From Raillietiella orientalis (lineage: Eukaryota), in the NCBI GenBank assembly GCA_036172245.1, contig JAYWIR010000055.1:682001-746000 (forward strand): a stretch of 64,000 bases of DNA, in the 5' to 3' direction. Below are positions 11,932 through 23,200 of the stretch, piece after piece. The notes under the pieces are model-generated. The model made no database searches. It saw only the letters and a list, made by a program, of their open reading frames with translations, and had not been told where the DNA came from. The position numbers and the translations under genes are program-made. Position 1 is the stretch's first letter. Every line of letters begins with the position of its first letter.

Positions 11932-13551
11932 ATGGTGGCGCACACCCTCGGGGCACCGAGCAAGAGGAACTTCTGCTTCCTCGTCGCGATCGGAGTCTGC
12001 GTTGCCGTGACGATGCTGCTCCTCTACAAGGAGAACCTCATCCTGAGGAGCTCCTGGAACGCGTACACGGTTGAGTACGCCCAGTTTGAGGAGAGCCCCG
12101 AGGATGGCTTCCTCCGGAACAAGCCTTTCTGGTGGGAGTGGCCGGCAGGCGAGGACGTCGCCTTCGACTCTACCGTCAACGACTCGCAGATCTTCTCTGA
12201 TCTGCAGAGGCGCCACCCCAACATCCCTTTCGTGTTCTGGCACTCAATGAAGGACAGGAAACTCCAGGTGAGCGCCAACTGCGCTCAATTCCCGAACCTG
12301 TACCGGTTGGAGTTCAACAACGGGATCTGGCAGTCCGTGTTCTCCTCCAACGGGACCTTTTATGTCTTCGGCGCCTACTACGACAACCGCAGCACCCTCC
12401 CGGATGGGCCCGTGGTCCGCCTGCTGGTCATGCTCAACCGCATCCAGCCGAACCTGACCATGTACTGCCAGTTCTGGTACCCCCCGAACCTGCCGCCTCG
12501 GATCTCCGAGATGCGGAAGTACCTCTTCCTGTGGAACCGCCATTGGGGAAACTTTCGCCAGGGGGAGCTACAGGCGTACCTGCTGACATGCCCGCTCCCG
12601 GACGACGCCGTGCCCGCGGCCGTCTCCCTGGTCGAGCATCCCTGCGACAGTGCCAAGACCTTGCTCCACGTGTTCAACAACCGCCCGCCCCCTGGGACCC
12701 CCAAACGTGACTTCGCCGTCTGCGTCAAGGGTCTGGACTTTCCCAACCAGGACCTGTCCGCGCGTCTGGTGGAGTGGTTCGAGCTCCTACGCATCCTGGG
12801 AGCCCACCGCGTGTTCCTCTACGACCTGGAGGTCCACCCCAAAGTCTCCCGAGTCCTCCGCCACTACAGCTTGGAGCGGGAGGGTCACTTCGTCGACGTG
12901 AGCGCCCTCACCCTCCCCGCGGGGCAGCCCACCCTCCGGCAGCTCCTGAACCTCTACCTGCGCGCCTCCCACAACAACAAGCAGCGCAACGAGGTGGTCC
13001 CCTATAACGACTGCTTCTACCGCAACATGTATCTCTACCACTACATCGTCCTCCTAGACATCGACGAGGTCATCATGCCCATAAGGGAGAGCAGCTGGAA
13101 GGGGCTGATGAACGACGTGCTCTTGCAGCAGAAGAGGATGGGCAACCGCAGCTACCCCTCCTTCAACGTGAGGAACGTCTACTTCTTCGACGACATGCCT
13201 TCGCAGCCGCCCCCCGACATCCACCCTGCACTCCACATGCTGCTGCACGTGTACCGCAGCATCAACTTCACCGGGAAGGGGCAGTACATCAAGTGTTTCC
13301 ACAGCACCGACCTCGTCCTGGGGCTTCACAACCACTTCCCCTTCGCCTGCGTGTCATCCTACTGCGAATCTTTCCACATCAGCACAAAGGACGCGCAGCT
13401 GCAGCACTACCGCAAAAATTGCGTCCCGGAGCTGAGCCACAAGTGTGGTGCCATGAAGAAAAACGTGGTCGAGGATCCCGCCATCCTGAGGTACAAGGAC
13501 GTCCTGATGGAGCGGGCCCTTCTCGTCATGCGGGAGCTCGACATCATCTGA
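11932..13551 (+). CDS. Glycosyltransferase family 92 (DUF23), copy 2, about 539 aa, intronless CDS
   Basis: ORF 11578-13551. The ATG at 11932 sits directly after the acceptor tctccttccag, and a candidate upstream donor cag|gtaagc lies at 10791. TM segment FCFLVAIGVCVAVTMLLLY. Same motifs as copy 1 (VCVKGLDFP, PYNDCFYRN, LLDIDEVI, HNHFP, LQHYR) and colinear with it. Confidence 0.9.
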   Translation: MVAHTLGAPSKRNFCFLVAIGVCVAVTMLLLYKENLILRSSWNAYTVEYAQFEESPEDGFLRNKPFWWEWPAGEDVAFDSTVNDSQIFSDLQRRHPNIPFVFWHSMKDRKLQVSANCAQFPNLYRLEFNNGIWQSVFSSNGTFYVFGAYYDNRSTLPDGPVVRLLVMLNRIQPNLTMYCQFWYPPNLPPRISEMRKYLFLWNRHWGNFRQGELQAYLLTCPLPDDAVPAAVSLVEHPCDSAKTLLHVFNNRPPPGTPKRDFAVCVKGLDFPNQDLSARLVEWFELLRILGAHRVFLYDLEVHPKVSRVLRHYSLEREGHFVDVSALTLPAGQPTLRQLLNLYLRASHNNKQRNEVVPYNDCFYRNMYLYHYIVLLDIDEVIMPIRESSWKGLMNDVLLQQKRMGNRSYPSFNVRNVYFFDDMPSQPPPDIHPALHMLLHVYRSINFTGKGQYIKCFHSTDLVLGLHNHFPFACVSSYCESFHISTKDAQLQHYRKNCVPELSHKCGAMKKNVVEDPAILRYKDVLMERALLVMRELDII

Positions 13552-14783
13552 CACCCTCTTCCTTCTCCCCCTCCCCCTCGTCCTCTTCGTCGAAAAGACC
13601 CCCGAGCTGCCGTTGGAACGCCTCGCGCGACCACCTGAGACCCCTTCGCTTCCCCCCTCTACTCCCCGTTCTTCCCTTTTTCCTCGAGAGTGTGAGTGTG
13701 CGCGCGGCGGTGCAAGGCAAGCAGGAATTGCCCCCTGGCGGTTCCAAGGTGACTGCGATTTTTGTGAGTCCCTCCTCCCCTTCCTTTCAGGAGGAGTGCG
13801 GCGGGGCCAGCTCTCGGCCCCGCGACGAGGTCGTGGACTTGCTCGGAAGACGGACCTCGGCAAAGCCTCCTCCGCTCCCTTTCGCGAGCGGCGCGGGCGC
13901 GTCCATGAGGGAGGTCGCAGAGCGCGGCGCCCCCGTCCCTCGGCGTACCGAAAGCGAGAACGGCGGCAGCTAGGAAGAACGGCCTCCGCTCCCTCCGCGG
14001 GAGCCTTCGAAAGCACGTGATCTCAGGATCCGAGTCCGGGCGGCGCCGCGGATGTCAAAAAAAAAAAAGAAAAGAAAACATGGCGTCGGTGAATGCGAAA
14101 GTGGCGGCGTTTCCCGGCGAACTGCAACAAGTTGGCACCGCTGAAAGCTGACCTCCCCCTTCCCTGCGGCGGCCCTCCCTGCGGTCCCTCTCGCGGGTCG
14201 GGAACCGGGTGCGAACCATCCTCCGTCCTTCAAGGAAGGTGCGTGGGTCCCCCCCCCCTCCCTCCTCCGATGGATTTTCCCGACAAAATGCGTTGAACGG
14301 CTCCAAAAGGAAACTTGGCGACGGGCGAAGGATGGTACCCAGGGAGCTGCCAGGAATCTCCCACGAGCTCCGCAAGGAACATCTCTTCGTGTTCTCCTGA
14401 ATGTTTCCCGACGCGATCCCCGATGACCCGAGGCGAGCGCGTCCCTCCCGAGAGGCCGTGTACGCTCCGTAGCGCCATTTGCTGAGCGCAGCGAACATGC
14501 GGCGCTGTGTGTTTCTCCCCAAACACTGGACAGCGACCCGCTGAACCCGTTTCCCTCCCGCCCTGCCCAGGAAGGGACGAACCCGGACGTGATCCCCAAT
14601 GATACAGAGGCGAGAGTTTTTGTTTCTTGTTTTGTTTTGTCCCTTCTCCCCCCCCCCCCTCATCTTCGATGGCTGGGCTCTTTTTTGGCCCCTGCTATTG
14701 ACATCTGACCAGCAGCAACGAGGTAGCCTCTTCGTCGAGTCCCTCCCCCTTCCCCTCTGCAGCAGTGGAATCTCCCGCGCGCG

Positions 14784-17240
14784 CTAATCGTGTACTTTGG
14801 CACCGGTGGTGCCTTCTCCTCCATCCCGATTCAGTGTCCAGACAGGAGTGTTCTTTAACAATTCGAGGAGGCCGCCGTCGTCCCCTCGCTGCCCAACGTG
14901 CTTTAAGGCAAAAACCTGAACTTCTCCGCTGGAGAAACCTAAAATGATGTTCTTTGGGAAGGGGGGAAAGGGATGGGGTTCCTCTCTTCTCGAATAGAAG
15001 AAACCGAACCTGGATGTGGTATGAGAATGCGACCGCCGTCAGCTTGACCGTCGGGAGAGGATGCTGGAAGGACGAGATCGGATACTGCGCGTTGTCCTTG
15101 AGATTCCAGACGTCCAGGCTGTCGGCCGTCATGGTGACAAAAACGTAAGCGTTGTAAGGGCACCAGCAGGCATCGAGGATGGAGCCCTGGGGAAGGGGGC
15201 ACCCGCCGAACGTGAAGCAGCAGAGCAGGCGCACGCCAACGGATTCACCTTTGCTGCGAAGGTGAGCAGAGGCTGCACGACGCTCAGGTGCCACAGGAAG
15301 ATGAGCTGATCCGCGCTGCAACTCAGGAACACGTCGGGAAGGAAGGGCGAGAAGGCCAGTGTGTACACGGGGGCCGTGTGCAACCGCCTGGTCTCCACGA
15401 CCTGGTCGCTGTCTGTGGGTCATCACCCTGGTCGATGCAGAGGAGCCGTTCTTGCCTCCCCCCCCTCCCCGTAGAGCGTACCGAAGCTGCACACGTGGAT
15501 CTCCCCGTCTTCCGTGCCGACGACGTACGAGTCGCTGGTGGCGTGCACATCGAAGCAGAACGCCGACTGCAGGCTCGTGGAGAAGGTGCCCCTCTTGTCC
15601 GGCTTAGCATCCACGGAGAACGCCTTCAGCACGAGAAGCACTGGGCGAGCGGGACCAGGTTCTTCGTCGCCCGAGGCCAAACTCGCGTACCTGTGGCTTC
15701 GAAGTTCCTGTGGCATTCCCACTGGAGCACGTGCCCATCGTATCCGAGCGTCAGCAGCACCTCCCTCCTCGCTTCCCTCATCCAGCTCTTCGAGTGCCAG
15801 AGCACCCTCCAGACGGGACCCGTGTGGCGGCGGGAGGAATTCCTACCAGGAATGGAGCACGCTCGCGCCGGGCGCCCGCCGCCGCCCTTCGGGGCACCGA
15901 CCTGCTGCTCAGTACCGGTTGGGCCTCGGGCGCGCTGACATCGAACACCGCGACCAGGCCGTTCTCGCAGCCTGCCGCCAGGTAGCTCGCGTTGTTGGTC
16001 GAGAAGGCGAGCGACAGCGACGCCGCGGACAGACGGTACCTCCTCTCCGGGTGCAGGTGGTTCTTCAGCGACCAGCAGCATATGGTGCTCCGGGACAGGT
16101 CCGAGAACTCGCAGTAGGCGACGGCCATGATGTGCTGCAGCAGCTCTCTTAACGTGGAGGACCACCGCGCGCTTCCCTCCACCCTCTACCCGGCGTGGGC
16201 AGATTCTGTCCCGTTACCTTGTTGCCTGGGTTGCAGCACACGCAGCTGATCTTCACGTCCGCCGCTTCCGGGAAAACGATGGACCACAGCGGCTGGAAAT
16301 CCGCGCACTTGGAATCCGTAGGCTTCCCGCCGGAACAAGGCTGCAGCAGCTGCGACTGGAACAGGTTCAAGGACAGCATCCTCTCCACGTGCGAGAGGGA
16401 GCGCAGGAAGCCGGAACTCTCCCTCAATGAATTCCACAGCCTCCCTTCGTTTCGAGAGAGCGATGAGCAAAGCCGGCCGGCCACCCCCTTCTCCCCTCCC
16501 CCGTGCAGGCGTCCCGGTTACCCCGTCTCTTTCCTCCTGCCACTCTCGCATCCGTCGCGGAATCGTCGCCGCTGCCGCAGCTGAAGCCGTCCCGCCAGTC
16601 CCTCGGAGACATGGAGCCATCTGGTGCTGCTGCTTCCGCTCCGTCGGTGGCGATTTCTTCCGCCTTGAGCTTCTGGTATTCGTCGTACACGTCCCAGTGG
16701 GTCGCCTCGCACATATGACTCTGGGCCGGCCGGTGAAGAGACAGTGACCTCGTCGGAGGAAAGAGGAGGGGAGGACACCTACAGAGTACGTGGACGCCTC
16801 CGTCTGAGTCTTCTTGTTCCTAGGGAGGTCGTTCATGGTGATGGCGCCCGATTCCAGGAAGCAGTCCCCGTCCTCTTTGTTCTGGAGCGACCCGCTCCGT
16901 TCAGAATTCTCGGGTCATTTCCCAGGTCGGGTTTCACCTTTGCGGCCGCCGCCCTCTGCTTCAGAACTTCCTCCTCCTGAGAGGACCCCCTTCTCACGCA
17001 GACGGACGGCAGGCTCAGGAGGGTCAGGGTGTCCGTTTCCTGGGAACGCCCATGATGGCGGCGGATGAAGCAGGGCGAGATAAGGCGGAGGCGCATGCCG
17101 CTTCGGAGATGACGCCCTTGTAGCGAGATAACGCGACGCCCCCCGGGCCAGGTGTGTGCCTGGTGACGAGTCCGCACGCGCGAGTGGAAGCCCCATGGGC
17201 GAGATTGGTCGCTTTTTTTTTTCCTGCTGCTGTCTCCCAT
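14784..17240 (-). CDS. DNAI4: WD40 axonemal dynein intermediate chain, DNAI4/WDR78-like (divergent; at least 10 coding exons, N-terminal structure uncertain)
   Basis: Nine phase-consistent GT-AG introns (56, 62, 77, 83, 59, 50, 69, 62, 58 nt) join ETDTLTLLSLPSV, NKKTQT, ATHWDVYDEY, VERMLSLNLFQ, ICCWSLKN..HPER, HTGPVWRVLW, YVVGTEDGEIHVCS, HTAPVYTLAFSPFLPDVFLSCSAD and NIILGFSSGEVQVF. These match WDR78-type motifs in the expected order. Stop TAG at 14784-14786. The start at 17240 is tentative. Confidence 0.82.
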
Positions 17241-20200
17241 CCTGAGAGGAGAGGGAGAGGACTCCGCTTGCCCTCGGACAGCCCTTGTCTTCCTCCTGAT
17301 CCTCGTTACCGGCGGCCCGTTTTTGAATGAGCGGGAGCGATGGCGCGCAGCCGCGCCACCTGAAAACTTTCGACGCAGGGAACCTGGCGGGCGCCTACCG
17401 GTTTTGCAAGCTTCCTAGCTAGCATGGTCGCCCTCTCCCTCTCCCCCCGCCCGATTCCATCCCGTCTGACGGCCCGGATCGAAGGGGGTTCTCATCTGGC
17501 GCCACCAATTGGAAGGAAGAGGAAAAATCGTTTCGGAGGAGCGTCGAGTCGTTGGCTGAAAGACGGTGAGGGGGAGGAGATCAAGCTCTTCCACCTTCTT
17601 TCCTGAAGACCTGCCGACGGGAACGCCAGCAGGAAGAAGGCAGAATCCCACCACATGAGGCAAGCACGTGGTTCGGGACGCTCTCCGGCTGTTGCGGAAA
17701 AGGGGGGGGGGAGGGAAGAGAGCTTTCACGTGAGAGCTTTCACTTTTTTCAAGACACATGTGAGAAGAAAGCGCGGAGCCAGGGTCGCCAACCTCCCCCA
17801 ACCAAAACGCGCGACTGCACTTGGCGTTCCGTTCAACCTCTTTGGATGCGTTCCCTAGCTCAAATGCCTGCTTGCATTCCCTGGACATGGTAGATCCGAG
17901 ACACACCCGACCCACCGCCTTCGTCGGCCGAAAATCGCCTTCGGCGTGGCACCTTCAAGATGGCACTGTGAGGAAGGACTTTGGATGCGCCACGCTGGAG
18001 GAGAGACGGTCATCCGCCGTGCTCCGGAAGAGGCAGTCAACGTCTCCCCCCCCCCCTCCTCTTCCTTCTCCCATTCCCCCATCCCTCGAGAGGCCCAAGT
18101 CACGAGGTCGAACGCTGGGCATGCGATACCTATCGCAGGATTTTTCGTTTGCCTGCGTGGCCGCGCGGTGACGCTGCCCGAGGGACTCGGGCAGCTCCAC
18201 GGAAGGGATGCGAACGCGGTTTTCGGACCACCTCGGAAAGCAAAGAAGCCTTCTGGTGCGTGACGGACGTCGCGTTCCGCCGAAGCCCTTTGCTTCTTCC
18301 GAACGCGCTTTTTTCCGGCTACGAGGGGGGCCAAAGAACCTCCTCCTCCCCATCGCGCAGATCGTCCCTCGTCGCGTACTCACGTGTAAGTGGCAGACGG
18401 TTTGCACTCCTGCGGATGCGCCAGCAAACCCCTCCGGTACTTTCGGGATGACTCTGGAGAAATCATCTGGAAGAATAAGAAGGGAGGGAAGCAGCACATT
18501 TTCTGGATGACGATGGATACGGGAGCGTTCCTTATTTACGGACGAGCGCTGCCGCATCATTCGGAACGGTCATCCGTATGCGTGATGAGATCGGTCGCGC
18601 TGGGAGTCGGAAGGAGGGGGTCGCCTTCGTGCGGTCGGAAGGTCCGCCCCTCACCCACACGGGCAGCGGCAGAGTCCATACCGTGGGAGGGGATCACATG
18701 CAGCAAGACGTGGAAGCGGTATGCAACGGCAATAAAAGTCGCTTCGGCAGAAGGAGGAAGGTTTCCCGGGGATCGAGCAAATTGCTCCCGGTCGCACGCT
18801 TCCAGGCGTAGTTTCCAGGCCGACAGCGGGAGCACGTCCGCAATTTATTCTGGTAGAGCGGAAAGGAGGAGGTGCAGGGCAGGAGGAAGGCCCGTTTCAC
18901 CCGATGGACAGTCGCTTCACGGCAGAACGGAGGGTTGCCTGGGATACGCGCGGGGAACAGTCCCGCTCGTCCGCTGCCCACGGGTCAGGCAGATGACCCT
19001 CGTTTCTGGATAGGTGTTTGAGTCGGGAGGTCCGTCGGCTCTCCGTTCCGTATCCCCATGCAGCGTGACGTACCGCTCGTGGGTCCCTCTCTGCTTCCCT
19101 CGGGAAGCGAAAGCGCGAAAACTCGCTGGGCACCCGGAGCGTCCGTGGCGCGTTCCTTCCCGGTTCGCTCTCCTTTCCTCCTCTTCCCGCGATGCCCGCC
19201 CGCTGCGTGTCTCGTACGGGATCCCGTGGAACTTTTGCGCCGGAAGCCTTCTCTCCCAGGAGGGGAACCGACCCTCTCCCCAAGCTCGCTTGAGCGCGAG
19301 CAGCCAAGTAATGCGCGCTCCGCGTGTGCTTAGCGACGGAAACTGGAACATCATCGGCTTGAAACGAGACTCGGCGGCACTTTGGGGAGGGGGGGGGGGA
19401 GAATAATTTAGTGGTTCGCGCATCTAGGCAGCGAGCAGCTGCATGCAGCAGCCGTGCATCCCCCCCCTCTGCTCTCCGTGAGACTGCAAGGCCACTTTTC
19501 GAACCTCTCGGCCACGGTCCAGGTCTAGAAGGAGGATGTGAGCGAGCAGCCCGGAGGCGCGCGGCGAATTCGAGGAAACGGCGCGCATTCCGAGTTGCGA
19601 CCAGAGGGTAGCACTTTGGCCTCGTGGAGTAAAGGTCTGAGCGGAACGAACACGGGACTTCCCGAGCGACAGCTGAGTCCAAGAATGCAGGGCCGAAGCG
19701 TCCTCGGGAAAACCGGGACGAATGCGGCGGCGGCACAGGAGCGAGGAAGATCCGTTTCCTGGACGGAAACGCGCTCCTTGCGGGGTCAGCGAGAACCCGG
19801 CCGGAGTGCACCCAGGAGGACCCGGCCCCGTGCACGGGTCCGTGCCAGCAACGCGGGAAGTGCGAGTCTCTCCCACTCCCCCACGGGCTCCTCTCCCAGG
19901 CAACGGGGGAAAGCCGGGTCCGGGTCCTCCCGAGGAGAATAGGCACGCCCATTCCACAAGGCAGCGCAGCATCGACAGGCACCAGGCGGCGGCCAGTCCG
20001 ACTGCTTTCGAATGAGAAAACCGAGATGGAGGTCCGCTCCCAGAACTTTCGAAAAATTGATGCAGGAAAGCACGGATCGCTCGACTGCACGCGTTTCGCG
20101 TGTTCCCATGACGAAGCGTAACATTCCTTCTTGAACGCGTGCGCGCAGAAATCAGCCACCCAGGCGCACCTGTGCCACGGCTCGAGCCGCTTCAAACAGC

Positions 20201-23200
20201 TTGCGGACGGATCGCGGAAAGCTGGTTCGGCGATCCCGAAGGCTTTCAAAAGATGATGCCCCCTCCTCCACAGATGGGCGGGAGGGACCCCCTAGGGAGC
20301 CACGCATCCTCCTCATCCCTCCCGGCGGGCAGACCCTTGACAAAACCCAGTGGAGATCGAATCCTCGTAACCAGGCTTCCTGAGGAGGCAGAACCCCCCT
20401 TCCCCCCCCCCTCCTATCCAGGAGACAGACCCCCTCCCGTAGCGGAACGCACGGCAGGTTCATCGGTGTAAATCCCAAGGGCAAGTCCTTCCTCCTCTAC
20501 ACAGTCTCCACCAGGCAACTTGTTTCGGCTGAAGAAAGACTTCCGAACGCCATGCGTTGGATTCAAGCTGGTCGTCACGGCCGTTCAGGTGATCGCGCCC
20601 CTCCCCCTCCTTATAGCTCCTTCCTTTTTTTTTTTCTTTTCTTGAGATGGTCCTCAGGTTTTTTGCTCGAGACCGGCGATGAGAATGCCTCCCAGCTCAA
20701 CATCCATCCATGCCGTGCATACGTCTCGTTCTGAGCTTCCAGCAACGCTCTGCTTTGACGCAGGAACCGAGGACTTCCAGAATCGCCTGGGACTTCCTGC
20801 CTTGCCCGGTTCGTTCCAGGCGTGCAGTGCTCTCTGGACTTTGTGGCCGCTGTCACACGTCGCACACATCCCGACTTCCCGGGAATTCGTCCCCGGTGTT
20901 TGGAACTGTGGAGCTCCGAGGAATTCTCTCGGATGCGCTCGTCCATTGCGCTCCCCTCCTTCCTCAGGATCCAACCGTTCGCGATCCACTCTTCCGTTTG
21001 CGGGAGGCTCCATTTTCCCTGGAATCCCTTTGCAGGATTTACACGATTCGCGGGTCCAGCGTACGAGAACCTTCTTTTCGAGCTCGCTCCTGGCCCCTCC
21101 ACAGAGCTCCCATGCATCCTGCGTGGTGTCCCCTTGTGCATTCCGCGCTTTCATGGATAGTGGACGGCGGCCCGCTGCGTGAGTGGTCTCAGCAGTTCGC
21201 AAGAGCTTTTTGGAGCAGCTTGCGGAAGAGGGTTGCTCCCCAGGGAAAGGGAGAAAGGTGGAAAATGCGGGAAGACTCGCGGAACGAACACTGCCGGCGA
21301 AGTTCGGCGAGGTCGGCGGCGCTGGCACCACTCCTTTTCGAGTGAGGGGGGGTGCTCCTGGCGTCTCCGCGATCTCCGAACGCCGCTACGGCGAAATGCC
21401 TGCGTGTTTCGGACCACAGCTCAAACCTTTGGCGCCCTCAAGCATCCGGGACCGCCTCCGCTCGATGCCGATTCCCGGTCCCACGGCCTAGTCGGAAAAA
21501 CGGAAGCCTTTTTAAGTCCAGACGAGGGTCGGGAGCCCCTAGGGGGTGGCGTTAGTACGGCACTGCGCTGCTCTTGCAGAGAAACGCGAGCCTGATACGC
21601 TCGGCAAACGCCAAGGCCCAAAGGCGTCCCGCTGCAGCGTATCTTGTCGCCCGGCCACTTCTCCTTGGCGCTGGACCAGATTCGGATCGGTCCTCATTCT
21701 TCTCGAGAATGCTCACTTGGGGACCGCTGAACGATTTGAATGAGAACTCTCGAGAGTCCCTGATGTGCCACACAGACCCTCCTCCCCACCGAGGAATGGG
21801 GAACCACAAGTGCACAGGGGGGTTGGAGAGCAGTTTTGGGAGAAAACCCTGTCGAAAGACGTACGGGGTATCTGAGAGGCTAAAGGGGTTACGTAAAGAG
21901 AGAAACTGCATCAGAAAATGTTGCCCCTTTCTAGGCGTAACCAAGAAAACGAAATCTTCCCTGCTGCTGGCCTCACGCCCGTATGTACCACCGAGACAGG
22001 TTACCTGGGCGATGTGTTTACATCCGGAAGACATCTGTTTGCTTCCGAACTCTTTTTCCTGCGATGCTCCGAAAGTCAAAGTGCTGGTTTTTTCCTGACC
22101 CTATCCATGAACTCCCTGTACAAATGGATGGGCGAAGATACCCTTTCCGATGATCACGAGAACCGAAATCGATCACGTGTGCCATGCACAGTCGTAAAGT
22201 GAGGAGACGTCTCTTCGTTTATGGGGATAAAATGCTTGACTTACTCCTGTCCAGTGGAAGACGTCTATTCACGTCCACCTACCCACCGCACAGGGCACAG
22301 GAGACATGACGCCATGACATCCTCAGCCAGGAATGCCAACAGCATCGGTTTGGTGAACGGGTTTCAATTTCCAGAGATGCCGTAGGGACGGGGATCATTT
22401 CAAAAATCGCAACTTGACGAAAGGACGGAAACATCTCATTTGACCACCATGAGATGCAGCGAATTGAGGAGTTTTGCTGTCAGAAGCACGGATGCTCAAA
22501 AAGTTTCCATCTTCATAGTTCGTAATATCAGTTGGTCAGGGTGGAACTTCAGAGTTGGTCTTGTTAAAAGGATGGCATAAATGAAAGGACGAAGGGAATA
22601 TTTCCCCCCCGTCCCCCCGAAACCCACGAAGTAAAGTTCGAGGATGCAAAAGACTGTGTTATTTCTCACTGTGATATGGCAATTATCTTTACCCCGTATT
22701 CTAGAACGGAAACCGTGCCCAAACACTGAAATGATGATAAGGTCTCGCGCTGCGTCTCGCAAGCGCAGCTGTGATGGCTGTGCCTGAGAGATCTCATGAA
22801 CACACCACCAACATCGACACGAGTCACTTTTTCAAATGCTTATTTGTAGGAACGCCGCATCTGGCCGTGTTTGTCTTCAAACGAAGGCGGGTTCGCACTT
22901 GCACCCAGGCGGAAAGTTTGGTTATTTTTTCCTGTGTCCGAGAGTCGCTTTCTTTCCAAAAGTCAGTTGACTCCTTTCTTGACTGTACGTCTCATCCGAT
23001 GGAGCAGCCCAACCGGATTCCTATTCCTGTAGGTGTAGGGCCTTCCTAGCAGTCCGAAGAGGTTGGGAAAGGCATCCGGAAATCGGCACGAGGTCGTACG
23101 ACGAAGACCCAATGCGAGAGAGAGGTCAGGGCATGGAACTTTCAGGAGGGTACTCCCCAGAAAGGGGTTATTGGGGAAGCAGCAGCACGGAGGCTGCCCA

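Noticed and set aside
37..21600. Many long overlapping ORFs in the GC-rich region (for example 2266-3744, 3407-4573, 18897-20249)
   Set aside because: They are Arg/Pro/Gly/Ser-rich translations with no motifs, as expected from the scarcity of stops at high GC or as shadows of the real CDSs.
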